Positions 9,203-19,892 are shown, numbered from the stretch's first letter. The stretch: DNA of 64,000 nt from Bacteroidales bacterium (GCA_045606385.1 JAZURX010000022.1:11112-75111); one strand, 5' to 3'. Made by a program: numbers and translations. The notes: generated by a model from the letters alone, not told the origin.

Positions 9203-11623
9203 ATGAAAAAAATACTTTCTTTACTTTTACTTATTGTGCCGGTAGTAATGTCGTCGCAAGTACGAGAGGAAATTTATCTCGAAAAAGGTTGGCGTTTTAT
9301 GCGTGGAGATGTTGCTGATGCTCAATGTGTGAATTTCGATGATAGCGCTTGGCAAGAAGTCTGTGTACCTCATGATTGGGCTATATATGGTCCATTCGAC
9401 AAGAACATCGACATACAAGTGGTGGCTATAGAACAAAATGGAGAAAAAGTGGCTACCGAAAAGACCGGTCGTACCGGTGCATTGCCTTATATCGGAGTCG
9501 GATGGTATCGTACGACATTTGAAGCGCCTCAAGGTAAACATGTAACCCTTATGTTCGATGGCGCTATGAGTCGCCCTCATGTATATGTCAATGGACATAA
9601 AGTGGGAGAGTGGGGGTATGGATATACTCCATTCCATTTCGATATTACCGATTATTTGGTTGAAGGGAAAAACACTCTTGCTGTGCGCCTCGAAAATTTG
9701 GCAGAGAGTTCGCGTTGGTATCCGGGTGCAGGACTTTATCGCCCGGTGTCGCTTGTTGTGACCAACGAGGTGGCTGTAAGTATGTGGGGAACACGTGTCA
9801 CAACTCCCAAAGTAGAGAGCGATAACGCATTGGTGCAAGTCGATGTGGAGATTGATAATCATACCGGTCGTACACTTGGTGTAACGACCGAAATCTTCGA
9901 TAATAAAGGAACGTCTGTGGCTCGAGTTGAGAATCAAGAGGTCCTTTTTGATGGTACTTCACAAGCTCGTCTTACGGTGAAGAACCCGTCTTTGTGGTCG
10001 CCCGAGACTCCGACACTTTATACAGCGGTGGTAAAAGTATATGAGACCGGTAAGTTGAAAGATGAATATAAAACCCGATTCGGTATTAGAACGATTGATA
10101 TAACTCCGGAAAAAGGTTTCGTTCTCAATGGAGTACCTCGCAAATTTAAGGGAGTGTGTCTGCACCACGATTTAGGCCCGTTGGGAGCTGCTATCAATAA
10201 AGCTGCTTTGCGTCGACAATTGCTCATTATGAAAGAAATGGGGTGTGACGCAATACGTACATCGCATAATATGCCGTCGCAGTGGCAGATGGATTTGTGT
10301 GATGAGTTGGGGGTGATGGTCATGGCCGAATCGTTTGATGAATGGGCCATCGCCAAGTGTAAGAATGGTTATAATCTTTTCTTTGATGAATGGGCCGAAA
10401 AAGATTTGGTAAATCTTATACGTTGTCATCGTAATCACCCTTCTATAGTGATGTGGAGTATTGGTAATGAAGTGCCCGAACAAAGTAATTCTCGCGGAGG
10501 CAGAGTTGCCAAATATTTACAAGATATTTGTCATCGTGAAGATCCTACGCGTACTGTCACCGTGGGTATGGATCGCCCCGACCATGCTATTAAAAATCAG
10601 TTTGCAGCCGTACTCGATGTTCCGGGACTTAACTATCGCTTGCATCGCTATGAGGATAGCTATAAGCGTATGCCACAGCAGTATATTTTGGGCTCGGAAA
10701 CTGCTTCGACGATTAGTTCGAGAGGTGTATATAAATTCCCCGTAGAGCATACCAAGGGTGCGCAGTATGACGATACACAATGTTCATCGTATGACTTGGG
10801 TGCTTGCTCATGGTCCAATCTCCCCGATGACGATTGGGCATTTCAAGATGATAAGCCATGGGTTATAGGAGAGTTTGTGTGGACTGGATTTGATTATCTT
10901 GGAGAACCTACACCCTATGACGAAGTATGGCCTTCGCGTAGCTCATATTTCGGTATATGTGACCTTGCCGGTCTGCCCAAAGATCGGTATTATCTTTACC
11001 GCAGTCGTTGGAATACTGTTTCGCCGACGTTGCATCTGCTCCCACATTGGAATTGGACCGGTCGTGAAGGAGAAATAACTCCGGTCTATTGTTATACGTC
11101 ATATCCCGAAGTCGAGTTGTTTGTCAATGGTGTATCGCAAGGTCGTCGTGTCAAGGATAGTAGCAAGCCATACGATCGTTATCGTATGCGTTGGAACGAT
11201 GTAGTGTATCAGCCCGGAGTATTGAAAGCTGTGGCTTATGATATCGATGGAAAGGCTGTTGCCGAGAAAGAGATTCGTACAGCCGGAGCTCCGCACCATT
11301 TAGAACTTACAGCCGATAAAAATCTGCTTCAAGCCGATGGCTACGATATGGCATTTATTTCGGTGCAGGCAGTTGATAAAGACGGCAATCCATGTCCGCT
11401 TGCCGACAATCAATTACGTTTTACCGTGAAGGGGGCGGCGGTGTATCGTGCAGCTTGCAATGGTGATGCGACATCTACCGAAATATTTCACAAACCGACA
11501 ATGAGCCTTTTCAACGGACAATTGGTAATATTGGTGCAATCGGTCGAAAGTCCCGGTGATATAACATTGACAGTAAGTGGAAAAGGATTGAAAACGGCTC
11601 GCATAAATCTTCAAAGCAAATAA
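9203..11623 (+). CDS. GH2 beta-galactosidase-type glycoside hydrolase, signal peptide
   Basis: PHDWAI, KGVCLHHDLG, RTSHN, WSIGNE (acid/base), GSETAS and GEFVWTGFDYLGEP. Start moved to MKKILSLLL because the annotated TTG 9143 lies upstream of the -7 element. Confidence 0.93.
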   Translation: MKKILSLLLLIVPVVMSSQVREEIYLEKGWRFMRGDVADAQCVNFDDSAWQEVCVPHDWAIYGPFDKNIDIQVVAIEQNGEKVATEKTGRTGALPYIGVGWYRTTFEAPQGKHVTLMFDGAMSRPHVYVNGHKVGEWGYGYTPFHFDITDYLVEGKNTLAVRLENLAESSRWYPGAGLYRPVSLVVTNEVAVSMWGTRVTTPKVESDNALVQVDVEIDNHTGRTLGVTTEIFDNKGTSVARVENQEVLFDGTSQARLTVKNPSLWSPETPTLYTAVVKVYETGKLKDEYKTRFGIRTIDITPEKGFVLNGVPRKFKGVCLHHDLGPLGAAINKAALRRQLLIMKEMGCDAIRTSHNMPSQWQMDLCDELGVMVMAESFDEWAIAKCKNGYNLFFDEWAEKDLVNLIRCHRNHPSIVMWSIGNEVPEQSNSRGGRVAKYLQDICHREDPTRTVTVGMDRPDHAIKNQFAAVLDVPGLNYRLHRYEDSYKRMPQQYILGSETASTISSRGVYKFPVEHTKGAQYDDTQCSSYDLGACSWSNLPDDDWAFQDDKPWVIGEFVWTGFDYLGEPTPYDEVWPSRSSYFGICDLAGLPKDRYYLYRSRWNTVSPTLHLLPHWNWTGREGEITPVYCYTSYPEVELFVNGVSQGRRVKDSSKPYDRYRMRWNDVVYQPGVLKAVAYDIDGKAVAEKEIRTAGAPHHLELTADKNLLQADGYDMAFISVQAVDKDGNPCPLADNQLRFTVKGAAVYRAACNGDATSTEIFHKPTMSLFNGQLVILVQSVESPGDITLTVSGKGLKTARINLQSK

Positions 11624-11634
11624 TTAATACAATC

Positions 11635-12399
11635 ATGAAAAAGTATATTGTACTTGTACTATTGTGTGCAATGTTGCCGACTATTGCAGCGCAAGACCTT
11701 AACGTGGTGTTTATAGGTAATAGTATAACTCAAGGAGTGCGATTGTCCGACCCTTCGACCGAGGCACCTCCGGCACAGGCGGCATTATATTTGCAAGAAC
11801 ACATCAAAGGTGATGTCGAATTCCGTAATTGTGGACGAAGCGGAAGAACAACCCTCAATTTTCTGCCTGTGACCAATACGGAGTTTCCAAAAGTTGTGAG
11901 TGCCGCTGATGAATTGGCCGACAAAAAAGGTATATTGCTTTTTTCTATTATGTTGGGTACTAATGATAGCGCGGTGAGAGGCCCATTAGGAGCACCGGTA
12001 CATACATCGGTATATTATACCAATATGCAGGCCATTATTGATGCTCTGTTTGAACGATATCCACAGGCATATGTCGTTTTGCATCGTCCTACGTGGTATA
12101 GTCTTAATACCTATAATTCATCTACATATCTGGAAGAAGGATTGAAACGCCTACAATCTTACTTCCCGATGCTCGATAAACTTGTAGAACATTATGATGA
12201 TCGTCGTGAGGGACAGGTATTTCTCGGCGATACACTTGCTTTTGGGTTCTTCGAGAAGAATTATCTTACTCATCATACACCCGAGCAGGGACAAGCCGGT
12301 ACTTTCTACCTCCACCCCAACAAAGATGGCGCAAAAGAATTGGGACGATATTGGGCACAAGCAATACTCGAATGTGTGTCTCGTAAAATGCGCAAGTGA
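11635..12399 (+). CDS. SGNH/GDSL-family carbohydrate (acetyl) esterase, signal peptide
   Basis: Blocks FIGNSIT, NCGRSG, MLGTND and LHPN. Confidence 0.8.
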   Translation: MKKYIVLVLLCAMLPTIAAQDLNVVFIGNSITQGVRLSDPSTEAPPAQAALYLQEHIKGDVEFRNCGRSGRTTLNFLPVTNTEFPKVVSAADELADKKGILLFSIMLGTNDSAVRGPLGAPVHTSVYYTNMQAIIDALFERYPQAYVVLHRPTWYSLNTYNSSTYLEEGLKRLQSYFPMLDKLVEHYDDRREGQVFLGDTLAFGFFEKNYLTHHTPEQGQAGTFYLHPNKDGAKELGRYWAQAILECVSRKMRK

Positions 12400-12451
12400 T
12401 TGGGTATAAACCTCCTTTTGAACGTATATATGATATAATTGCTTCGAAAAA

Positions 12452-13426
12452 ATGAGATTCTTAATTACTGCTTTTACGGTGTTATGTTGCGGTATGTCGC
12501 TTGGAGCGCAGGAATGTGTGACATCAAGCGATAGCGCGTATATATTTTCGTACTTTACAAACAAAGATTCCAATACGCATGGTATGCATTATGCTTGGAG
12601 TATTGATGGCTATGAATGGAATGTTGTAGGTGCTCCGGCCGGATTCTTGCTTCCCGATGAGCAAAGCGATGCACCTCGGTTGCGTGATCCTTTTGTTTTA
12701 CAGGGTCGTGATAGCTTGTGGCATTGTGTGTGGACTACCGGTTGGGAAACGCCGCACATAGGATATGCGTCGTCGGCCGACCTTATACATTGGTCTGCTC
12801 CTCGTCATATTCGGGTGATGGAGAGTGCCGGATATGAATCACGCAATTGCTGGGCTCCCGAAATTTTGTACGATGAGGAAAATGATAATTACCTTATTTT
12901 CTGGGCAAGTACAATAAAAGTCGACGGACATTGGCGGGTAGAGCCGGGGAAAAAATACGATAACCGCATGTATTATACGGTGACAAGCGATTTCGAAACG
13001 TTTGCACCGGCACGACCTTTTCTCGATTATGGCTATAATGTCATTGATGCAACAGTGCGACGAGTGGGCGATGCTTATTATATGATTTATAAAGACGAAC
13101 GAGAACTGCCCGAGCCTCATAAATATTTGTTGGTAGCTACTTCTCAATCTGCGACAGGTCCGTATGTACCGCTTACCGGTGAGCCTTTTACGCCGGCCTG
13201 GGTCGAGGGACCTTCTTATATACAATTGTCCGATGGTTCATATATTTGTTACATGGACAATTATCGCAAGCACTTTTACAGTGCCATGACGACACATGAT
13301 TTCATTACTTGGACACCATGTGAAAAAAAACTGAAAATGCCTTCGGGAGCAGCACACGGTGCTGTGCAGCGAGTGTCGATGTCGGTCGTGGAAAAGCTTT
13401 TGGAATATGTCAAAACAATACCATAA
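12452..13426 (+). CDS. GH43-like five-bladed beta-propeller glycosidase (arabinosidase/xylosidase type)
   Basis: RDPF, WAPE, VIDA and EGP motifs; signal peptide. Confidence 0.85.
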   Translation: MRFLITAFTVLCCGMSLGAQECVTSSDSAYIFSYFTNKDSNTHGMHYAWSIDGYEWNVVGAPAGFLLPDEQSDAPRLRDPFVLQGRDSLWHCVWTTGWETPHIGYASSADLIHWSAPRHIRVMESAGYESRNCWAPEILYDEENDNYLIFWASTIKVDGHWRVEPGKKYDNRMYYTVTSDFETFAPARPFLDYGYNVIDATVRRVGDAYYMIYKDERELPEPHKYLLVATSQSATGPYVPLTGEPFTPAWVEGPSYIQLSDGSYICYMDNYRKHFYSAMTTHDFITWTPCEKKLKMPSGAAHGAVQRVSMSVVEKLLEYVKTIP

Positions 13427-13436
13427 ATATAATATT

Positions 13437-15386
13437 ATGAAAATCAAATTTTGTTTAGCCACCTTATTTGCGGTGATGTGTATTACAATTTCGGCGCAAC
13501 GGACGCTTACTGTGAATGTAAAACCGGGACAGGATATAAACCCCGATATGTATGGCGTATTTTTCGAAGACATTAACTTTGGTGCAGATGGCGGATTGTA
13601 CGCCGAGATGATAAAGAATCGCTCTTTTGAGTTTGACTATCCCTTGATGGGCTGGCAACCTTTTGGCTATGTGTCGGTCGAAACCGATAATCCTGCTTTC
13701 TCTCGCAACCCGCGCTATGTGCGAGTGACTGATGGTGGAAAATTTAAGCAATCGGGATTACAGAATGATGGTTTTGTCGATGGTATGGCGGTGAAAAAAG
13801 ATGCCGAATATCGTCTCGTCTTCTATGCTCGTGTACAAGAAGGAAAGTCGGCAAAGCTCAAATTTGAAATCATTACGGCAGCCAATAACGCGATGACGAC
13901 AAAAGAAATAAATGTTACATCGCGTGAGTGGACCAAACATACACTGATGTTGAAAGCTGGAAAAACTGATGCTCATGCCCGTTTGCGTATGACATTAATT
14001 TCAAAAAGCATTGTAGATATAGATCATATATCACTCTTCCCTGTTGATACGTGGAAAGGTCGTGAAAACGGTTTGCGAAAAGATTTGGTGCAGGCGTTAT
14101 ATGATTTGCGCCCCGGTGTATTCAGATTCCCGGGAGGTTGTATTGTAGAAGGTACATCGCTTGAGACACGTTATCAGTGGAAACACACGGTAGGTGCTGT
14201 CGAGAATAGACCTTACAATGATAATCGATGGAATTACACTTTCCGACATAGACTTTATCCCGATTATTATCAAAGTTACGGATTAGGTTTCTATGAATAT
14301 TTTATTCTTTGTGAAGACCTTGGAGCAGAACCACTTCCTGTCCTTAATTGCGGGCTTGGCTGTCAATATCAGATAGGCGATGCCGTACCTCTCGATGATT
14401 TGCAACCGTTTATACAAGATGCTATAGACTTGGTGGAGTTTGCCAACGGCGATACCTCTACTACTTGGGGCCGTTTGCGTGCTGAGATGGGACATCCGCA
14501 ACCATTCAACCTCAAATATTTGGCAATCGGAAATGAACAATGGGATACTGTGTTTGTCGAACGTGAGGAGCTCTTTGTAAAGGCTATCCGTAAACATTGT
14601 CCCGATATATTGTTTGTTGGCTCGTCGGGTCCTTCGGCCGATGGCAAGCAATTCGATTATCTCTGGCCTGAGATGAAACGTTTAGATGTAGATTTAGTCG
14701 ATGAGCACTATTACAAGTCTCCCGATTGGTTCTTTGCAAATGCTGCCCGTTACGACCAATACGATCGTAAAGGTCCGAAAGTTTATGCCGGTGAGTATGC
14801 GTCGCATCACAAGTCGCGCGAAAATAATTTCGAAGCGGCTCTTTCAGAGGCTGCTTTTCTTACAGGGGTTGAACGTAATGCCGATGTAGTGCGTCTTGCT
14901 ACCTATGCACCGCTTTTTGCCCATGTCGATGCTTGGCAATGGCGTCCCGACCTTATCTGGTTCGACAATACCCGCGTTTTACTTTCGGCCAACTACTATG
15001 TGCAGCAATTGTATGCGCACAATAAGGGTACACATACATTGAAACTTACCGAGAACGGTAAAAATGTAACCGGAGAGAAAGGCTTATATGCAAGTGCGGT
15101 ATATGACAAAAATGAAGGGTGTGTAATTGTGAAAATTGCAAACACATTGCCTTCGGAGCAAAAGGTCGATGTGCAATTTACCGGTTTAAAACGACGTATG
15201 AAACTAACCGATAATGCTTCGGTCGAAATGTTGCAGTCTGATGATATGACGGCAACCAATACATTCAAAAATCCCTATACCATTGTGCCGCAAAAAGCAA
15301 ATGTACCGGTAAACGAGCGGTCGTGTACACTTACGTTGAAACCGCAGTCGTTTCAAGTTCTCAAATTTTTTATTGAAAATAAATAG
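13437..15386 (+). CDS. GH51 alpha-L-arabinofuranosidase (long form with N-terminal carbohydrate-binding-like module)
   Basis: GVFFEDINFGADGGLYAE, RFPGGC, GNEQW, DEHYY, GEYA and YAPLF. Start moved to MKIKFCL (ATG 13437), which gives a signal peptide and removes the overlap. Confidence 0.92.
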   Translation: MKIKFCLATLFAVMCITISAQRTLTVNVKPGQDINPDMYGVFFEDINFGADGGLYAEMIKNRSFEFDYPLMGWQPFGYVSVETDNPAFSRNPRYVRVTDGGKFKQSGLQNDGFVDGMAVKKDAEYRLVFYARVQEGKSAKLKFEIITAANNAMTTKEINVTSREWTKHTLMLKAGKTDAHARLRMTLISKSIVDIDHISLFPVDTWKGRENGLRKDLVQALYDLRPGVFRFPGGCIVEGTSLETRYQWKHTVGAVENRPYNDNRWNYTFRHRLYPDYYQSYGLGFYEYFILCEDLGAEPLPVLNCGLGCQYQIGDAVPLDDLQPFIQDAIDLVEFANGDTSTTWGRLRAEMGHPQPFNLKYLAIGNEQWDTVFVEREELFVKAIRKHCPDILFVGSSGPSADGKQFDYLWPEMKRLDVDLVDEHYYKSPDWFFANAARYDQYDRKGPKVYAGEYASHHKSRENNFEAALSEAAFLTGVERNADVVRLATYAPLFAHVDAWQWRPDLIWFDNTRVLLSANYYVQQLYAHNKGTHTLKLTENGKNVTGEKGLYASAVYDKNEGCVIVKIANTLPSEQKVDVQFTGLKRRMKLTDNASVEMLQSDDMTATNTFKNPYTIVPQKANVPVNERSCTLTLKPQSFQVLKFFIENK

Positions 15387-15395
15387 TATTAATAT

Positions 15396-16928
15396 ATGAA
15401 ACGAATTACATTATTATCACTTTTCGTCGTTTGCGTGACATCTTTGATGGCGCAGGCAGTAAATATTACCGTACATTCATCGCAGGGTGCACAGAAAATC
15501 AGTAAGCATATCTATGGCCAATTTGCCGAACATCTTGGCACTTGCATTTATGGCGGATTATGGGTAGGAGAGGATTCTCCCATACCCAATACACGAGGGT
15601 ATCGCACCGATGTGCTTGAGGCGTTGAAACGGTTACAGATTCCCAACCTTCGTTGGCCGGGAGGCTGTTTCGCTGATGAATATCATTGGATGGACGGTAT
15701 AGGTCCGCGCGAGAATCGTCCTAAAATGTGTAACAACAATTGGGGCGGTCTTATTGAAGACAATAGTTTCGGTACTCATGAATTTCTCGACTTGTGCGAG
15801 ATACTCGGCTGCGAACCATATGTAAGCATGAATGTAGGTAGCGGTACTGTGGAAGAGATGGCCAAATGGGTGGAATATATGACTTCAGATGGAGATACTC
15901 CTATGGCTAAATTACGTCGTCAAAATGGTCGCGATAAAGCATGGAAGGTCCGTTTTATCGGCGTGGGTAATGAAAGTTGGGGTTGCGGTGGAAATATGCG
16001 CCCCGAGTATTATGCCGACTTATATCGTCGCTATGCCACATATTGTCGCAATTATGATGGCAATCGACTTTACAAAATAGCCAGCGGTGCCAGCGAGTAT
16101 GACTTGAAATGGACCGAAACTCTTATGAAACAGGTGGGCACTCGCATGAATGGTTTATCGTTGCATTACTATACCGTAACCGGTTGGAGTGGTCGTAAAG
16201 GTGATGCAGTGAATTTCGATAATGAAGATTTCTATTGGACCATGGGTAAATGTCTCGATATTGAAAATGCTATTCAGCAGCATATCGCCATCATGGATAA
16301 GTATGATGCCAAGAAACGTATCGGACTTATGGTCGATGAGTGGGGTACATGGTGGGAGCCCGAGCCCGGTACGCAGTTATATCAGCAAAATACCTTGCGT
16401 GATGCATTTGTTGCGGCACTTACGTTCAACGTGTTCCACAAATATACCGACCGTATACGTATGGCCAACATTGCGCAGATTGTCAATGTGTTGCAGTCGA
16501 TGATATTGACGAAAGATGACAAAATGGTACTCACGCCTACCTATTATGTATTTGAAATGTATAAACCACACCAAGATGCAACCTATTTACCTCTCGATAT
16601 CGATACGCCTACCCGTGAAGTGCGTGGCAATCGAGTAGTGCCTATGGTAAGTGCGTCGGCATCGCGCGACGATGCGGGGCTCATGCATATTTCATTGGCC
16701 AATATCGATGTGGATAAAGCTCAGAAGGTACGTATCACACTTGATGATGCAAAGGCTGTATCGGTTTCGGGTGCAATTCTTACCTCTAAGAAGATTACCG
16801 ATCTTAATACGTTTGACAGACCCGACAAAATCAAACCTGAGGTCTTCAAAGGAGCTCGTGTGGCAAAAGATGGAGCTTTGGAGGTTGTTTTGCCCGCACA
16901 TTCTATTGTGATGCTCGAGGTGAAATAA
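15396..16928 (+). CDS. GH51 alpha-L-arabinofuranosidase (short form)
   Basis: [33 protein letters not shown] and [12 protein letters not shown] motifs. Confidence 0.93.
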   Translation: MKRITLLSLFVVCVTSLMAQAVNITVHSSQGAQKISKHIYGQFAEHLGTCIYGGLWVGEDSPIPNTRGYRTDVLEALKRLQIPNLRWPGGCFADEYHWMDGIGPRENRPKMCNNNWGGLIEDNSFGTHEFLDLCEILGCEPYVSMNVGSGTVEEMAKWVEYMTSDGDTPMAKLRRQNGRDKAWKVRFIGVGNESWGCGGNMRPEYYADLYRRYATYCRNYDGNRLYKIASGASEYDLKWTETLMKQVGTRMNGLSLHYYTVTGWSGRKGDAVNFDNEDFYWTMGKCLDIENAIQQHIAIMDKYDAKKRIGLMVDEWGTWWEPEPGTQLYQQNTLRDAFVAALTFNVFHKYTDRIRMANIAQIVNVLQSMILTKDDKMVLTPTYYVFEMYKPHQDATYLPLDIDTPTREVRGNRVVPMVSASASRDDAGLMHISLANIDVDKAQKVRITLDDAKAVSVSGAILTSKKITDLNTFDRPDKIKPEVFKGARVAKDGALEVVLPAHSIVMLEVK

Positions 16929-16942
16929 ACCTTTTGGGTCGA

Positions 16943-16974
16943 TTTGCATAATTCTTTCGAAATCCCTACCTTTG
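16943..16974 (+). promoter_or_regulatory. Canonical Bacteroidetes promoter (-33/-7)
   Basis: TTTG (16943-16946), 20-nt spacer, then TACCTTTG (16967-16974); exact consensus. Confidence 0.75.
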
Positions 16975-17006
16975 TCGCAATTATATCGATAGAGGTAGGG
17001 ATTTTT
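16960..17006 (+). terminator. Terminator-like hairpin overlapping the promoter above
   Basis: AAATCCCTACCT / AGGTAGGGATTT perfect 12 bp, extendable to 18 bp with G-U pairs, ending in a T5 run. Confidence 0.65.
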
Positions 17007-17026
17007 CGCCTCTAAAAATTTTTCCT

Positions 17027-18565
17027 ATGAAAACACGCAACCTCTCACTTTTTTTTACTTTTATAGCATGGGCTGCTATTACTGTATCGGTTTGTGCCGA
17101 TGTGAAACTACCCGCTGTTTTTTCCGACAATATGGTGCTACAGCAGAAGGCTCGCGTAAATGTTTGGGGTAAAGCCGATGCCGGTGAAAAAATCATCATC
17201 ACTACATCGTGGAGTCGTAAAAAACAGAAGACTATTGCCGACTCTGACGGTTGTTGGTCTATCACTATATCTACCCCTAAGGCATCTTCTAATGCTGAGA
17301 GTATGGCTATTATTGGCAAGAATAGGTTGGTAATCAACAACATACTTATTGGTGAGGTGTGGGTATGCTCGGGACAATCAAATATGGAGTTCCCTGTCGA
17401 TGTCGATAAGACAAGCCGTTGGAAGACAGCGATGACCACGGTAAAAGAAGAACTTAAAAATGCAGATTATCCATCTATCAGACTTTTTCGGGTAGAGCAT
17501 CAGTTGGCACCCGAAGCTCCATTGTATGATTGTGTCGGACAATGGGAGGTGTGTACACCTGCCACAGCTGCAAAATTTTCTGCGATAGGATTTGTTTTTG
17601 GCCGTAAAATCCATAATGAGACCAAACTGCCTGTCGGTATGATACAATCGACGTGGGGCGGTACTCATGCTGAATCGTGGATAAAAAGTGAGGCTATGCA
17701 AGGTGCATATTATGATGCTCTTCGCATCGAACAGAAGCGTGTGATCAATGCAATGCCAGCGGAGAAAGCCCGCTATAATCGAGAGATGGAGTTGTATAAT
17801 ACTGCCAAAGCCATTAATCCCGATACGGTATTGAAGACTCCGGCCAAAGCCAAAAAACTGAACGATAATCTGCGAATGTCGACCCTATGGAACGGTATGA
17901 TAAATCCTATATTGCCTTATACGATGCGTGGCGTTATTTGGTATCAAGGCGAGAGTAACAACAACCGTTCGGCCGATTATCAAGCCGTATTTACCGATCT
18001 TATACATAGTTGGCGTACCGAGTGGAAGCAAGGTGACTTTCCATTCTATTTTGTGCAGATAGCGCCCTATTATAAGCAACGCCCGCTATTACGCGAAGGA
18101 CAGTTGCGCACCATGCAGACAGTAGATAATACCGGTATGGCTGTCATTACCGATGCCGGCGATTCTACCGATATACATCCCCGTAACAAACTTATCCCGG
18201 GCGAGCGATTGGCTGCTTGGGCTTTGGCGCATGAGTATGATAAAGATGTACCTTACATGGGACCTGTATACAAAGGTATGACCGTCGAAGGGCGCAGTGC
18301 CGTATTGTCGTTCGATTATGTGGGTGGCGGATTATGTGCTCATGGGGCCGTTCTCAACGGTTTTGTGGTTGCAGGAAGTGACGGAGTTTTCTATAAAGCC
18401 AATGCCGACATATGCGGTGATAAGGTATATGTGTCGGCACCCGAGGTGGCTCACCCGGTGGCTGTCCGTTATGGTTGGGGTAAATTCTTCCGAGTGAATC
18501 TCTTCAATAAGGAAGGATTTCCGGCCACGCCTTTCCGTACGGATGATTGGATATTAAATGACTAA
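17027..18565 (+). CDS. Sialate O-acetylesterase-like (SASA) carbohydrate acetylesterase
   Basis: LPAVFSDNMVLQQ, GEVWVCSGQSNM, WGGT, WYQGESN and DIHP. Context suggests a pectin rather than sialate substrate (inference). Confidence 0.87.
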   Translation: MKTRNLSLFFTFIAWAAITVSVCADVKLPAVFSDNMVLQQKARVNVWGKADAGEKIIITTSWSRKKQKTIADSDGCWSITISTPKASSNAESMAIIGKNRLVINNILIGEVWVCSGQSNMEFPVDVDKTSRWKTAMTTVKEELKNADYPSIRLFRVEHQLAPEAPLYDCVGQWEVCTPATAAKFSAIGFVFGRKIHNETKLPVGMIQSTWGGTHAESWIKSEAMQGAYYDALRIEQKRVINAMPAEKARYNREMELYNTAKAINPDTVLKTPAKAKKLNDNLRMSTLWNGMINPILPYTMRGVIWYQGESNNNRSADYQAVFTDLIHSWRTEWKQGDFPFYFVQIAPYYKQRPLLREGQLRTMQTVDNTGMAVITDAGDSTDIHPRNKLIPGERLAAWALAHEYDKDVPYMGPVYKGMTVEGRSAVLSFDYVGGGLCAHGAVLNGFVVAGSDGVFYKANADICGDKVYVSAPEVAHPVAVRYGWGKFFRVNLFNKEGFPATPFRTDDWILND

Positions 18566-18580
18566 AAAATAGGAATCTAC

Positions 18581-19768
18581 ATGAAACGTAAAATTACTTT
18601 GTCTCTCATCTCTATAGTGTGTTTATTGCCACTATACGCTCAAAAAATGTCTGTGGAGTTTGCCGAGTCGGAAATGTCCCGATTCCCTCAAGCTTGGCAA
18701 CTTGACCACGGAAAACGTCTCTTTTTCGGTTATGCGCAAGGGGTGGGTTGTTGTGCCATGCTCGATATGTGGCACTATACCGGCGATGATAAATATTACA
18801 ACTATGTGGCGCAGTGGGCCGATACCCTTATTAATGAAAAAGGAGAAATTCATCTCTATGAGATGGCAGATTATAATCTCGACTTTATCAACTCGGGAAA
18901 GGTGCTGTTTGATATATATGCACAGACCGGTGATGAACGGTACAAAAAGGCAATGGACGTCTTGGCACGACAACTTGCCCGTCAGCCCCGTACGCATGAA
19001 GGCGTGTTTTGGCACAAACTTATATATCCGTATCAAATATGGCTCGACGGCCTCTATATGGCTTCCCCGTTCTTGGCTCGTTATGGAGCAACTTTCGGTA
19101 AACCCGAGTTGATAGACGATGCCGTGAAACAGTTCCTTATCTGTGCCCGTCGCACATACGATAGTCGCACCGGATTGTATTATCATGCCTATGACGAAAG
19201 TCGCAACCAGCGGTGGGCCGACCCTGTGACCGGCCGTTCGCCCAATTTTTGGGGACGCAGTGTCGGTTGGTGGTTTATGGCGTTAGTCGATGTGCTCGAT
19301 TATGTACCAGAAACGCACCCGCGTCGTGCCGACCTTATGACCATGATAAAAGGGCTTGCAGTTTCATTGCCCGAGTATCAAGATAAGGATGGATTATGGT
19401 ATCAGGTGCTTGATCAGATAGAGCGCGAAGGTAATTTCCCCGAGGCCTCTGTAACTTCTATGTTTATGTATGCCATAGCCAAGGCGGTAAACAAAGGTTA
19501 TATCGATGAAAGTTATATAGAGGTGGCACAGGAAGCCTACAATGGATTGCGCAAAGTTCTTCTCAAAAAGAATAAAGATAAAACGTGGTCGCTTACCCGA
19601 TGTTGTGCCGTAGGAGGTCTTGGCGGGTCGGGTAAATATCGCGATGGTTCGTTCAATTATTATGTAAATGAACGCATGCGAGACAATGATGCAAAAGCTA
19701 CCGGACCATTCATTATGGGGTGTATTCAACTCGAGAAATATGCCGAGCGAAAGGCTGCTGAAAAGTAG
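18581..19768 (+). CDS. GH105 unsaturated rhamnogalacturonyl/glucuronyl hydrolase
   Basis: YNLDFIN, WHK..YP.QIWLDGLYM, WGRSVGWW, GLWYQV and EASVTSM motifs. Confidence 0.92.
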   Translation: MKRKITLSLISIVCLLPLYAQKMSVEFAESEMSRFPQAWQLDHGKRLFFGYAQGVGCCAMLDMWHYTGDDKYYNYVAQWADTLINEKGEIHLYEMADYNLDFINSGKVLFDIYAQTGDERYKKAMDVLARQLARQPRTHEGVFWHKLIYPYQIWLDGLYMASPFLARYGATFGKPELIDDAVKQFLICARRTYDSRTGLYYHAYDESRNQRWADPVTGRSPNFWGRSVGWWFMALVDVLDYVPETHPRRADLMTMIKGLAVSLPEYQDKDGLWYQVLDQIEREGNFPEASVTSMFMYAIAKAVNKGYIDESYIEVAQEAYNGLRKVLLKKNKDKTWSLTRCCAVGGLGGSGKYRDGSFNYYVNERMRDNDAKATGPFIMGCIQLEKYAERKAAEK

Positions 19769-19803
19769 TCGACCGGAGTTTTGTGTATAGTAAAATCAAT
19801 CAC

Positions 19804-19888
19804 GGAATAGCTTTTTGGGAAGGTACAATCAAAATTAATAGTTTAATTATCAAAATAGTTATTGTGAACGCGCCTAAAAAGCTATTCC
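19804..19888. repeat. Perfect 13-bp inverted repeat with 59-bp spacer
   Basis: GGAATAGCTTTTT (19804-19816) and AAAAAGCTATTCC (19876-19888). Confidence 0.85.
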
Positions 19889-19892
19889 TTTG
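19828..19892 (+). promoter_or_regulatory. Candidate activator site (21-bp-phased direct repeat) plus degenerate -7 element
   Basis: ATCAAAAT at 19828 and 19849; TTCCTTTG at 19885-19892. Same geometry as the sites at 22296 and 41541. Confidence 0.65.
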
